Part shown: positions 24,432 through 38,237 of the stretch, piece by piece
How positions within the stretch are numbered: the stretch's first letter is position 1
Layout of the letters: each line of letters opens with the position of its first letter
Assembly: GCA_002104945.1 (NCBI GenBank)
Contig: MCFH01000004.1
Coordinates: 1,302,001 to 1,366,000 of the forward strand
Origin: Piromyces finnis finn
Lineage: Eukaryota; Fungi; Neocallimastigomycota
Length of the DNA: 64,000 nucleotides
Reading direction: 5' to 3'
Program-made: the position numbers and the translations under genes
The notes under the pieces: model-generated
What the model saw: the letters and a program-made list of their open reading frames with translations, nothing else
Databases searched by the model: none
Told to the model about the DNA's origin: nothing

Positions 24432-27400
24432 ATGGATTTTAAAGCAAAGAATAAAAAATCTATAACTCAATTTAAATCAAGGAATAATAAGAAGAATGGA
24501 AATAAAAATAATAACAATAACAAGGTATTATTAATTTTATCCTCAAATTTAAATAGATAAATGAATGTATATATTTATTATATAAACAATTTAATAAGAC
24601 GTTTAATACAGAAATTTCAAATTTAAAAATCCATTTTTTCAAGTTTAAATTCAAATTTCATTTATTTTTTTTTTATTCAGTTTAATTCAACATTAAAATA
24701 TAATTCAGAAGTATTTGCCATATTAAACCAATTAATATGATATACTCATTTTTATTATTTTTTTTCTCAAATATAAATAATACAAAATTATAATTACAAT
24801 ATATATATATTTTACTATTTTAAAATATTTCAATTTTATTTAAAAATGGCATAACTAATATAAATAAAAAAATTTGCTGTTATTAATTTTATTGTTTATA
24901 ATGAATTTTATTATATTTAATATATATAAAATTATATGAAATAACATAAAAATTATGAATAAATTAAATAATAAAAATCAAATAATTAATGTTCACTTCA
25001 ATTTTGTATTAATTACAATATACTTGTATATTTGATTTATCATTATGATTTTATTATCAATAAGAAACAAGTTAAGCAAGAAAAGAAAATTAAAGAGCCA
25101 AAATTAGTCGATAATGATGAAGATGTAGAAATTTCAGAAGATGATATTCAATTCTTTAAAGAACATGGAGGCTTTTCAGGTTTCTTAGCAAATTTAGATG
25201 CTGATTCATTAATGAAGTAATATTTTATAATTTTCCGTCAATAAATTTAAAAGATAATAGGAGCTATTTTCGTGGTAATATTAATAGTTTAAATATTGTA
25301 AACATTTATTTATTTTTTAAATAAACGTTAGTACCCCAAAACAAGAAAAAATGAGACCACAATTTTCAAATAGAGATGAAGAATCTGATTCAGATGATGA
25401 TGTTGAATTAGATGATGAAGAAGATGAATGGGAAACCAAAGCCATAAAAAAAAACTCAAATGCTATGGATAATGAAATTAACCGTTTACCTATTAAAACA
25501 GCTGAAGGTCAACTTGTAAAACCAAAAGAAGGTAAAAATCATTGATATATTATAGTTGTAATATGTTATAATAAATATGATATAAAAGCTTATATTTTAT
25601 GCATATTTTCTTCAACATCATTTTATTATTTAATATCAATGACAATAATTTAATATAAAATACTATTATATAACTTTAATATAAAAAATCAATTGACATT
25701 TAAACAAAAATTATAATTATATTTGGGAAATAATAATAAAAGCATTGGAAGTTGTTGAACTTAATGAAGAAGAATTAAAGGATAACCCATTACTTTCAGA
25801 AAAACAAAAAAAGAAGTTAGAAAAAAAGAACCAATTAAAGGAAGAAAGAAAAAAAGCAAAAAAAGCAGCAAAACAAGATGTTACTTTTGATGATGAAGAA
25901 GATGAAAAATATATTCAAGAACATAATAAAATGAAAGTTTCAAAGAAAGATGAAGTAGAAGAAGAAGAAGAAGAAGATCCAAAAGTAGTTAATAGAAAAA
26001 AATTAGTTAATTTAAAGGAAGAATTAGGTCTTGTTGCTTCAAGTATTATCGAAGATCCAGATAGTAATGTACGAAATTAAGATTCATATTAAAACCATAT
26101 ATTATTTAATTAAATTTTACTATATATATCCTAATGTAATATGTGTTAATTTTTATAATATTTTATATAAATGATTCTTATGGTCAAATCAAATAGATTA
26201 ATAGACTTAAAAGATTAAGAGAAATTGCTAAAGAAGATAATATTGCTATTAAAAAGTTAAGTTTCTTAACTCAATTGGCTGTATACAAAGATATTATTCC
26301 AGGTTACCGTATTAGACAATTATCAGATAGTGAAAAAAGTGCAAGAGTTTCTAAGGAAGTTAAAAAATTAAGACAGTATGAATCAACTTTATTAGTTAAT
26401 TATCAACAATATCTTCAATCTCTTGATAATGTTATTGAAGGTAACTATTAAACTATTATATTATATAATTTAATTATATCGAATATTAGTATTTAAATTT
26501 AGTAATTAAATGATTAATTTAATTTTTTTATGTTTAAAATAAAGGTTACTTTAAATATCAAAAACTTAATATTAAGGAATCAGTAAAAAAGCAAAATGAA
26601 TCAAAATCATTACTTTTAGTTGCAATTCAATGTTTAACCGATTTATTAACAAATGTTCCTCATTTTAATTTTAGAATTAATATCTTAACAGCAGTAGTTG
26701 CTAGAATGAATATTAAAAGTCCAATTGAAGTAATTAAATCCATTCATTAACATATTTATAATAATTTAAAAATTAATACTTTATATTAAATTATTATTAT
26801 GATATGGTATACTTATTCTATTTATATATATTAATTTTTATTTCATTATGTATTTTATATATATTCATAAAAGGTTTCAAATAAATGTTGTAAAAGTATT
26901 GCTGTTTTATTTACAAAAGATGAAACTGGTGAATACTCATTAGAAGCTATGAAATTGATATCGCGACTTATTAAAAATAAGAATTATAATGTCAGAGAAC
27001 AAGTTTTACAAACATTTTTATATTTACGTTTAAAGGATGAATTAAGACTTCCAGAAAAAGAAGAAGAAAAGGTTAAAAATAATAAGCGTAAGAGAAAGCA
27101 ACAACCTTTCTTAACAAGAAAAGCAAGAAAGGTTCTTAAAGAAAACAAAGAAGTTGAAAAAGAAATGAAAGAATATGAAGCTACTATTGATTTAGAAAAG
27201 AGACAAAAAATGGTACATATTTTAACATATTACTATTAAATATAGCATTATGATTTAATAGGATAATTTAAGACAAGCATTAATTCTTAATTTTAAATTC
27301 AAATTCATTAAAACTGTTATTATTTTTTGTCATAATAATTTTATATAAAATTTTTCATTTTTTAGCAAACGGATACATTAAATATATTGTTTGCCTTATA

Positions 27401-28781
27401 TTTCAGAATGTTAAAGAATAATAACAACAATCGTCTTCTTCCAACTGTATTAGAAGGTTTAGGACGTTTTGCTCATTTAATTAATATTGATTTCTTTGAT
27501 GATTTAATCGCTGTTCTTAAGAATATTATGATGGATCAATATAAAAATTATATGGATAATAAGGGACATATCACTTCTGCATGCACTGCATTCCATTGTA
27601 TTATAGCAGCCTTCCAACTTTTATTTAAACAAGGTAATTATTATTATTATTTTTTTTTAAGAAATAAGAATTAAAAAGCGAGATTTAACTATATGAAATA
27701 AACAGGAAATTAACAAATGAATAAATAACTAAATGATTATGTTATTAATCCTTTATTTATCTAAAATAGGTGATATTATTAATATTGATTTAAATGATTT
27801 TAATCGTTCTATGTATGCTCAAATGATTCGCCTTGGCTTAAACCCTAATGTTGGTAAGATTACAAATTCATTATTAAAGTCTGATTCGGTTTATCGTTCC
27901 AAGAGTGAAATTGAATTAGTTTTAATTGGTTTTGAATTTTTATTCATAAAGAAGAAGCAAGTAAGTATATATATATATATATATATTTTTTTTTCTTCTT
28001 CCAAATAACTTGATATATATAAATTATAGTTATTATGGATAGAATGGGTTAAACATATTTTTAAAAATGATAGTAATATATTTTCAAAACTAATTATTAT
28101 TATTATTTTATATTTCAATTAAATATAAATTAGTTATCATTTGAAAGAATTGCTGCCTTTATTAAAAGACTTTCCACAATCGCCGTCAATATGCCAGTTA
28201 ACTCAGTATTAGCTGCTTTATATATGGCAAAAAGTCTTTTTATTGTAAGTAAATTTTTATAAAAAAAAAAAAAAAACAGTTTTAAATTTAATTTTTAATA
28301 TTATTGTATTGACATACATATATTTATTTTATTTAAAATATGTATTTATTATTATTAGAAATATTCAAGATTAAATCAATTAATGGATTCAGAAGGAAGA
28401 GTTGGTACTGGTGTTTATATGGGATTATTAGATGATCCAGATCTTTGTAATCCATTTGCAACTAGTTTATGGGAATTTGGTCTTTTAATGTCTCATTTCC
28501 ATCCAACTGTTAGAGAATATGCTGAATATGTTGGTGCTATTGGTAGAAATGGTTCAAGTAATGTTGCTGCTGGTCCTCATGCTTCTAAATACCTTGATTA
28601 TAAGATTGATTATAACTATTTCTTAGAACGTTTTGGTGTTCATAAATTTAATCCACAAGAGGAATTTTTACGCCCTGTCAAATCAATACCAAAAAGAAAG
28701 CGTCACCAAGGTACTATGTATGGTTTTAATGGTGGAGAAAGTAAATTTTTAAAGAATCTAAAACAACAAATCAGTGCTTAA
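24432..28781 (+). CDS. NOC3: Nucleolar complex protein 3 (pre-60S assembly factor, CBF domain)
   Basis: About 11 exons. Motifs RLPIKTAEG, LTQLAVYKDIIPGYRIR, VSKEVKKLRQYE, VPHFNFRINIL, LEGLGRFAHLINIDFFDDL and GVYMGLLDDPDLCNPFATSLWE match NOC3. Confidence 0.94.
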
Positions 28782-31700
28782 ATTATATTTAATGAAAACA
28801 ATGAATGTAAAACCATTCATTCAATATATACAATATTATAGGCGTACCAATATAAAGTTTTAATTTATTTATTTTAGAATATATCATTATTATCATTTAG
28901 AACAAAAATAAAACAATATAAAACAGAAAATAAAGATAATTTATTTAATTATATTTGAATTTTCCTTAAGTTATATATATTTTTTTTTTACCTTTTTACA
29001 AATAACTTTATATATTTTTAAAATTATCATTATTAATAATTATTATTTTTATTTTTATTTAGATTATAATATTAAATAAATGAATAAATAAATATAAAAA
29101 TATAAAGAACTATGCATATAATTTAAAATAATTGTAGTATAATTTAAAATTCGAAAACTTTTATAGTTATTAAAAATTTTATGGTTTATATTTAAATTAT
29201 AGGTACTTTTTATTAATTTAAACTATAATATATTTCTGGCGAATATTAAATGTTTTTAATATTATTTTTTTTTTAAATAACTTTTATAATTATGTAAAAT
29301 AATATGGCACGGTATATCCAATGCATTTTAAAATTCAATAATTATTAACGAAAATGTGGCTTATGTTACAACAATGTATTAATGTGAAGATCATTAATAC
29401 ACCATACATAAATAATTTACCGTTAATATGCTCATCCCCTAATAAAGAAAGTTTTTATAAATCAAGGGACCTTTTAAATTCATTTCCTATATAATTTTTA
29501 TAATTTCTTTTATGTTAATTATTGAATTAGGCATTATCCTGAATAATCTTTAAAAAAGGTATAGATACCATTTTTATATTCTATGCTAAATATATAGTTA
29601 AAAAATAGGTAAAAATTTTTAAATATAAGCATAATACATATTATTTTTATTCTAGTATGCTTATAATAAATCCAATATTTAAATGATTCAATATATAAAG
29701 ATTTAAATTTTAATAATACCTTTTTGAGGTAAAATAAAAATTTATGAATCTATTTTAAATTAATATAAAAATTCATTATAAATAAGATTATTAATAGTGA
29801 AAAAGATTAGGATATCAGTTTTACAAATGGTTTTGTATACCATATGAATATGAATACCTTATTTTTATTAAGATGACATTATTAACTTTTTTTTTTTTTT
29901 GAAGCATTGATAAAATATGTAATTTTGAAAATAGTCTTTTTTTTTTTCACGATTTAATAATATTAAATCAGTTTTTTAATTTAATTTTATTCCTAAATAT
30001 TTTTCTTCGTAGAAATTTCATTGTTTTTGTATTGTACATATTATATCATATTTAATAATAAATACAAAGATATAGAAATCATAATTATTATTCAATTTAT
30101 AAATAAATAATAAATATAGTAATTAAATAGATTAACTTTTATCATTTTATATTTTCATATGGAGACATAATAATATAAAATAAAATATAGTAATTTAGCT
30201 AATATCTCTAACCAAAATTAATTACATCTCCTCAGCAGCAGAGAAAAAGAATTTTTTAAAAAGGTTTCTTTTTTTGTTGTAACTTTTAAAAATATATTAA
30301 AATTAAATTACAATAAATTAAATTATTAGTAAATAGAAAAAAAAAAAACATTTAAATTAATATCTAGAAATATAAACTTTATTTTTAATTTTCAAGGTGA
30401 CACAATAGAATTATCATACATTATTCAATTAATTTATTGTATACAATTATATCAATATATTATCTAATATATCTCTGTACATTCCACTATATATTAATTA
30501 TATATTATTTCCAATTTTTAATCCATTTTTGAATTAAGGAGAAGCTAGATTTTTGACAGTGTCGAAATGGTATTAACAAGGAAGGTAAAAAAAAAGAAAG
30601 GAAAATTTGACTTTTTTGGATAGAAAAGGATAACAATACTTTAAAAAAATAGTTCCTTGATCTAAAAAATATTAAAAATTTCACCATTATTACGAATAAC
30701 AGAAAAAGGGCGCTTGTAAGTTTGTAATTCTCAAGCAAATTAAAATGATATACTGAAAATTATAATGATGAACTAAATATTACTATTAAAAGAAAAGTTT
30801 TATCCTTTTTTAAAAAAAATAGAAAAAAATACTTAATATATAAAAGAATAAATTTAATAGTATATTAAAATTATATTATATATAAAATTAATAAATTGCA
30901 AATGATATATTAAAATAAATTCATATATTTATTAATAATATATTATACATATTTGATATTAAATAAATAGCCAAATAATAAAATAGAAAATAATAAAATG
31001 AAATATATTAAGAAATATATATATTCCATATATTATAATATAATATTATATTTTTAAACTTTAAAAAATAATTTTTTGTAAATTTAATTTAGAACAATTA
31101 TTAAATGATTTTATAGGAAAATGTATAAATATAAGAAAAAAAAGTGTTTTTTTTTTTTTTTCTTCAAGAACATTTAAAAAAAATTCTTTTTTATTTGATT
31201 ATAAAAAAGTAATAATATATAAAAAGTGAGTGTACTTTAAATTAAATATATACTTTAAATGAGATAATATTAATAATAATGAAAAAAGAAATGATGCTTA
31301 TTATTATAAAATTTATTAAATAAAACAAATAACAATAAATAGAGATAGAAAGAGAAGTATAAGAAGGTTTAAATAAAAGAATTATAAAGGAAATGAAATA
31401 TATAAATTCATAAATTCGTTAATTCAAAATTAAATAAATATACAAATAATAGAAATACATTAGTATATTTTATATTATATTTATTTTTATAAGATAAATA
31501 AATAAAAATAAGTAAATAATTTAAAATTAATATACCGTACTGCTTTTGTATGATAAATATTTTTTATAGTTAATGAAAGAGTTCAGTTTATTATATTATA
31601 TATAAAATAATATATTTTTTTAAAATTTTATTACTAACAACTATATATATTTTGAATTTATATAAATATTGATATTTTATAATATATATAAATTACATTT

Positions 31701-31972
31701 TTAGATTAATGAATAAAATTATTTATTAAATAATTTTATCCTAATAAAAAGAACATTTGTATATCAGTGTTTTTCCTTATATATATTTAGTTAAAATAAT
31801 TTAATATAGTATATATAAGCTCAATATTCAAATCTTAAAAAAAAAAAACAAAAAACAAAAAACAAAATAAAACCAAAATAAAAATAACAACAAATCAAAA
31901 ATATATATTTAAAATATATAATTTATTACAAAACTTAATCACCTTATTTATTTCTTTAAAAAATATAAAAAA

Positions 31973-33221
31973 ATGAAAAATTTATCATTCAACCTTTTAT
32001 TTTTTGTTGTATTAATTTTATTTACAACTGTTCATGGTTTTGTTGTTCGTAAGTATAAAAATAGTATGAATATATATTAAAAATGTATTGTTTAATATTA
32101 AAAATCAGTATTAAATCATATGAAAATATTTATATTTCTTAAACTATATTTTAATTAATGTAAAAATAGCAAAGGAAGATATTTTTGATCATAAAAAATT
32201 AATTCATGAAATTAAAACTGAATTAAAGACTAAGGAACATAAGATAGCTAATACTGTTGTCACCAAACATCATGACACTGCAAAGAATGCTCCAAAAGAA
32301 GATTTAAAACCAGCTCACAAAGAAGTCTCAAAGGAAGCCCCAAAGCATGCTGAAAAGAAAGTTGAAAAGAAAGTTGAAGAACAAATTCTAAAACCATTAG
32401 TTTCTGTCAAAGAACCAATTGAAATGGAATCCCCAAAACCAGAAGTTTCTAATCCAGTCCCAATTAAAAGTCAAGATGATTCCAAAGATAAGTCAGGAGA
32501 AAAATCTAGTCATTCAGGTACTATTACTTTTGTTGGCTTAGCTTTAGTAGCTGTTGCAGCTGGTGGTGTAACTTACCGTGGTAAAGCTAAAAAGCAAATG
32601 AAAAGCCCAGAACTTTTCAAATATAAGTTTGAAAATAATGCTATATATGATTTCACTCCAAAAGATTCTTCTTTAACTTATTCATTTAATCCAAATGATT
32701 ATAATTTACATGAAGAACAACCACGTATTAACTTTTATGAAGATCAATCAGTTTCTAGAAGTAAAAGAAATAGTGGTAGTCTTTCTACTGAAGTTATTTA
32801 TGAAGATGCTAGTACCGAAGAAACTAGAAACTTTAATATTATATTACCAACTAACCGTGCCTACAAAGCTGTTTTACCATGGGATGCTAGATGCGTTGAT
32901 GAAATTCAATTAAATTGTGGTGATCTTGTTTGTATTAAAGAATGTTATCAAGACGGATATTCTCTTGGACGTAATTTAACTACTCGTTTTGATGGTATTT
33001 TCCCAACTTGCTGTTTAAGTAATATTGGTTCTACTGTTAATCAAGCCGAAGTTTACAAGTGGCAAACTGTTGGTATGTATTCTTTACCAAAACGTTCAGT
33101 TAAACCAACTAAGAAGGCCAAACGTGCTTCTCGTGGTATTTCCTTATTAACTATGCCAGATTGGACTAAAAAATTAGAATCATTAAAATTAGATACTCCA
33201 TCTACAAATACTATTTTCTAA
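31973..33221 (+). CDS. Single-pass membrane protein: signal peptide, charged ectodomain, TM helix, cytoplasmic SH3 (~375 aa)
   Basis: Exon 31973-32048 (MKNLSFNLLFFVVLILFTTVHG) splices in frame to 32170-33221. TM segment TITFVGLALVAVAAGGVTY. SH3-like segment YKAVLPWDARCVDEIQLNCGDLVCIKECYQDGYSLGRNLTTRFDGIFPTCCL. Confidence 0.82.
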
Positions 33222-34106
33222 AAAAATTAATTTTATAAATAATCATTTTTCATTTTTCATTTTTTTTTAATAAAAAAATAATGCTTTTTTTTATTAAAAA
33301 GGAAAAAAATGAAGGAAAAGTCATAGAAGAAAATTGATATTTATAAATTATTTTTAAACGTAGTATACATAGTATATTAAAGGATGCCAAAAGAAATACT
33401 TAATTTATAAGGTGAAATATTTTGCATTTCTTTATATTAAAAACTCTTTTAATTTTAAAATTTCTCATAAACCAAAAAAAATAGCAATAATTTTTTTTTT
33501 ATTTTCAAAAAATAAATAAAATAAATATATATGTATTATTCAATTTAAATAATGAATAATAACTAAATATATATTTAGATAAGTCTTTGAAAAAAAAAAA
33601 GAAAAAAGAAAAAAAAAAGAATATTTAATATACTTATAGAAAATTAAAAAGAGAATATAAAAATTATTTTTAAATTTTTAAATAATTAAAGATATTTTGA
33701 TAATTTTATATTCATTTTTTCTTTAAAAATATTCATATTTTTTTTTTTATTAGATGGATTTTTTTTTTTTATAAATTCATTTTTCTAAAACGATAATTCA
33801 ATTTGTAAAATAGATGTAACAAATGTTTATATTATAACTTTAAATAAAAATGCCCTTTTAATTTTTTTAATATATACATAAATAATGTTAATAATATATA
33901 TCTTTGATTTTATATAATTATTAATGTTAAAAATTAATAAAAAAATAAAAAATAAAAAAAATAAAGAGTAATAATAATAATAGTCAAAAAATAAATTCAT
34001 ATAATATGAATAATCTTTTGGGTAACTGTTAGATAATAAAATCGAAAATAATAATAAATAGAAAAAAGAGAAAAATGATGAAAAAGGGATAACACATATT
34101 TTTAAT

Positions 34107-34137
<31 letters not shown>

Positions 34138-35158
34138 TGAAAAATACAAAATTAAATTTCTATAAAATCTTGAATATTTTCTTTTTCTTATTCATTGTAT
34201 TTTGATACCTATTTAAGAGCTATCAAAAAATATATATATTTATATTATTAATAATTAGCTAAATAAATAAAAAAAGGTGTATTATTAATATGTATTTAAG
34301 TAACAAGTTTATAATGCCATTCTTTTAATATCCAGATTTGTCACAATAAAATACTACATAAACCTTATCGAGTTTAAAGAATTAAATATTAGTATTAAAA
34401 GATAGAAATTTCTTTTTTTTTTTTTTTTTATTCATAAAAGTAAAAATAATGAAATATGATATATTAAAATATTTTAAATTAATTACTAGGAAAACATTAT
34501 ATATATTTAAATATAGTTTTATTAATTTAAATATTAAGCAAGAATTGAGTCATTATTAAAAACAAAATGTATTTTTTTTTTTTTTTTTTTTATTATTGGA
34601 TATATTAAGAATTCTTAAATCGTATATATTGTTTCTTATTACAGACTGTTCTTTTTATTATGAAATTAGTAGATTTCATTTCATAGTGAAAGTGATTCTT
34701 GTTAGTATTAAATATAACTTTAATAATAGATATTTTAAGTTTAGAAAAGTAGTATAAATATTTATATATTTTCTTGTTTTTATACAGATGTGTAACATAG
34801 TAATTTTAAAAAAAAAAAGTTTAAAAAGTGAAAATTAAATATTATTATAGATATTAAGGTAGGAACACATAATGGATGAAAAAAATTTTTTTTTTTTTCC
34901 TTTATTACTTTATATTATAGATATATGCATTTTTTAATTTTAATTTATTTTATATTTATTATTTTATTCTAGTTTTTATTAATTTTTTTTTTTATAGAAT
35001 TTAGTTATTTATATGTATGTCTATTTATCTTATATTAATTATATCCCGATTTTTTTTTTTTTTATTGTACTAGTTATATATTATTATAACTAATTCAATG
35101 CTATAGATAATTTTATTATTATTTAATATTTATCGCTGTTGTTGTATTGAATCAATTT

Positions 35159-37324
35159 TTAAGCTTGGCAAACTAATTTGTGAGTTTTCCAATCTTTAAC
35201 TTGACAATCTCTACAACAATAATAAACCTTTTTACATCTGGAGCAACGATTTGCTTTAGAACCGGTCAAATCAAAGATTTCTTTACAACAGTTACAATAT
35301 TTAACTGGTTCAATTTCAATTTTATCCATATCATTACAAAGATCTTCAATTTTCTTATCTAATTCATCATCAATGACAATTTCATTGTCTGGTTCTTTAC
35401 TGTATTCCTTGATTAATTTAACAATGTTTCCACGCTTCATCTTAATACAAGTTTGTAAAAGAGCATTTGATATTTTTGGTTCGTATTTAAGTAATAATTC
35501 AAATAATCTATTATCATTAAAATATTTTTATAAATTTATTTTGATATATACATATATGGAATATCAATTTAGTTAGAATTTGAAAATTATTGACTTGATT
35601 TTTTTTATTTTTGAAAAAAACAAACAATTCATTTACCTCTTATCACCAATCTTAGCAGCAATTTCGACTGGTGTGGCTAATAATTGGTTAGAAGAAACAT
35701 TTAATTTAGCACCTTTCTTTAATAATAATTCAACACAATCATAATTAAGTTCAACAATGGCACTTTCAAGAGCAGTTAAACCATCTTCATCATTGACTCC
35801 TTCAGTGGCATTAATATCAACATCATTTTCTAAGAAAAGACGTAAAATTGATGAATGACCATATTTAGCAGCTTCCTAAGATATATATATATATTAAAAA
35901 AATACCATTAATATTTAATTTTTGCTAAAATCGAAATTATTATAAAGAAAAAAATGCTTATTTTAAATCTATTATTTATATATTTTTAAAATGTTTTTTA
36001 TTTACTTTAACAGCAAGTGAAGTTGGTTTAACTTTATTTTCTAATAAGATTTTAGCAATATCAACGTAACCTTCTCTTGCAGTAACTTCTAACATTGTGG
36101 CTAAAGCAGTATTTGAAGATTTAAGTGCAGTAATAACAAGGTCATCATCCATACCTTCATTCTTAGAAACAAGATAGTCAAGGAAAGTCTTAAGAGTAGT
36201 TGGACGATTAGCAAGGCTATTTTATAAATTAATAAAAAAAAATTAATATTCCTTATTATTTTTTTTTATTTCGAAAATAAATATTTATTTTTTTATTAAT
36301 TTATATTTAAGTGAAAAGTTCATACCAAGCCAAATTAATTGGTGTTAAACCACCATTATCTTGAACAGTAATATCAACTCTAAGATCTAATAAATATTTT
36401 TCAATTCTAGTATCATGATCAAGAGCTGGATCGCTGTTACCACTAACAGCAACAACATGAAGGGCGTTCATAATAACTTCATCCTTTTCATTACAAACAA
36501 TATTATGTGGATCACATTGATATTGGTCGATTAACATTTTAACTTTGTCAAAATCACGATAGAAAATCTATATATTAAATATTTGGTATGATTTTTTATA
36601 TATTTTTATATTTTATATAACATATTTATAAATATAAATATAAAGTTATCATTATTATTCGAGAATTGATAAAGTATAATAAATTAATATCTATTGTTAT
36701 TAATTATTAAAGATATTATGTATAATATGTATAATATATAATGTATTAGATATGATAGAAAGAGTAGTAAATTTTATATTTACAGCTTCAAATAATGGTG
36801 ATTTATCTTGTAATTGAAGGAAGTAGTCGTAAATTGGAGTACGTTTTTCGGTAACAATTTCTTCTTTAGCTTTAGCTTTTTTTAATAAATCTAATAATTT
36901 AACATTTTTTGGTTCAATTTCTAAACCTTTATTAATTGATTCAATAGCTTCATCCCATAATCTTAAAGCTAATAAACCCATACCCTTATTTAAGTATAAT
37001 ATAAACATGAGAAATAATAATAATGTTAACATAAATGAAAAAAAAAATAAAATATTAAAATTAAATCATTAAAAAAAAAAAAAAAATCATTAATACTTTT
37101 ATTTCTTTTTTTTTTTTTTTTTTTTTTTTTTTTATTTTTTATTACTAATTACCATTCTTTCATAGGCTTTGATATTATTGGAATCAATGGCTAAAGCAGC
37201 TTTTGCATCATTTACAGAAGCATCATATTTATAAAGATTGTAGTTACAAATACTTCTATTTACATAATTAACACTAGTAAGAGCAACATCATTACACTAA
37301 TAATTACCATTGTTTTTTTTTTAA

Positions 37325-37365
<41 letters not shown>

Positions 37366-37666
37366 AAAGAAAATTAGCATTTTTAGAAATAATAATTAAA
37401 AAAACAATACAAAATTTTTTCATTCATTCATTTAAGAATTCAGTTGAAATATATATAATATATAGATTTCGAGAAAGATTTATGAATAAAATAAGATTAT
37501 AAAATTTAAAGTTTAATAATTGTCTTACCATAATAGCTTTAGTAAAACTATTATAGGCTTGGATATAATTATTTTCTCTGAATTGAGAAGAACCCTTAAG
37601 TCTGAATTCTTGAGAATAGTCAGAGTCGTATGAATTTTCAATGAAAACCTCGCTAAAGTTACTCAT
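35159..37666 (-). CDS. TPR + ankyrin repeat + MYND zinc finger protein
   Basis: Seven in-frame exons. TPRs: FRLKGSSQFRENNYIQAYNSFTKAI; NYVNRSICNYNL; NIKAYERMGMGLLAL. Ankyrin motifs: GLTPINLAC, AREGYVDIAKILL, AAKYGHSSILRLFL, GLTALESAIV. C-terminal MYND: CNCC...RCSRCKKVYYCCRDCQVKDWKTHKLVC. Confidence 0.88.
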
Positions 37667-38237
37667 ACTGATATATTTTTTTATTTTTTATTATTTGTAA
37701 TTAAAAGTTTTTTTAGTAAAAAAAAAAAAATTTAAAATTTTATTTTATGATTTCATTAAATTCTTATTTAATTAGAATATACTTTAATATATAATATTAA
37801 TATATAATATAAAAGAAAATGGATAAAATAACAAAATTAAAAATTAGAATATTAAAAATTTAAATTATAGTAATAATTAAAAAAATATTTTTTTCAGTTT
37901 TTTAGAAATACTTTAGAAATTAGATTTCTAATTTTTAAAAATCAGTAAACTTTTTTTTTTTTTTATTAATTTTGATAAATTAACATTTTTAATAATATTC
38001 ATATTATTAAAAATAGAATTAAAAAAAGTATATATATATAGAAATATAAAACATAAAACAAGTTTCACTTTATTTCTTTTTCTTTTCATTATTATTATTA
38101 AGTTAAAATTTATTTATAACATTTCAGTACATTTCAAAATTAAACAATATACCAATTTAAAAATTAAAAGAATGGAAATTCAAAAAAATTTATGATATTA
38201 TATAATAATTTCACGTAAAACTATTAAAAAATAAATA

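Noticed and set aside
29300-30740. GC-elevated patches at ~29300-29500 (46-aa ORF) and ~30500-30740 (77-aa ORF)
   Set aside because: No recognisable domain, splice structure or terminal repeats, so neither a gene nor a mobile element can be supported.
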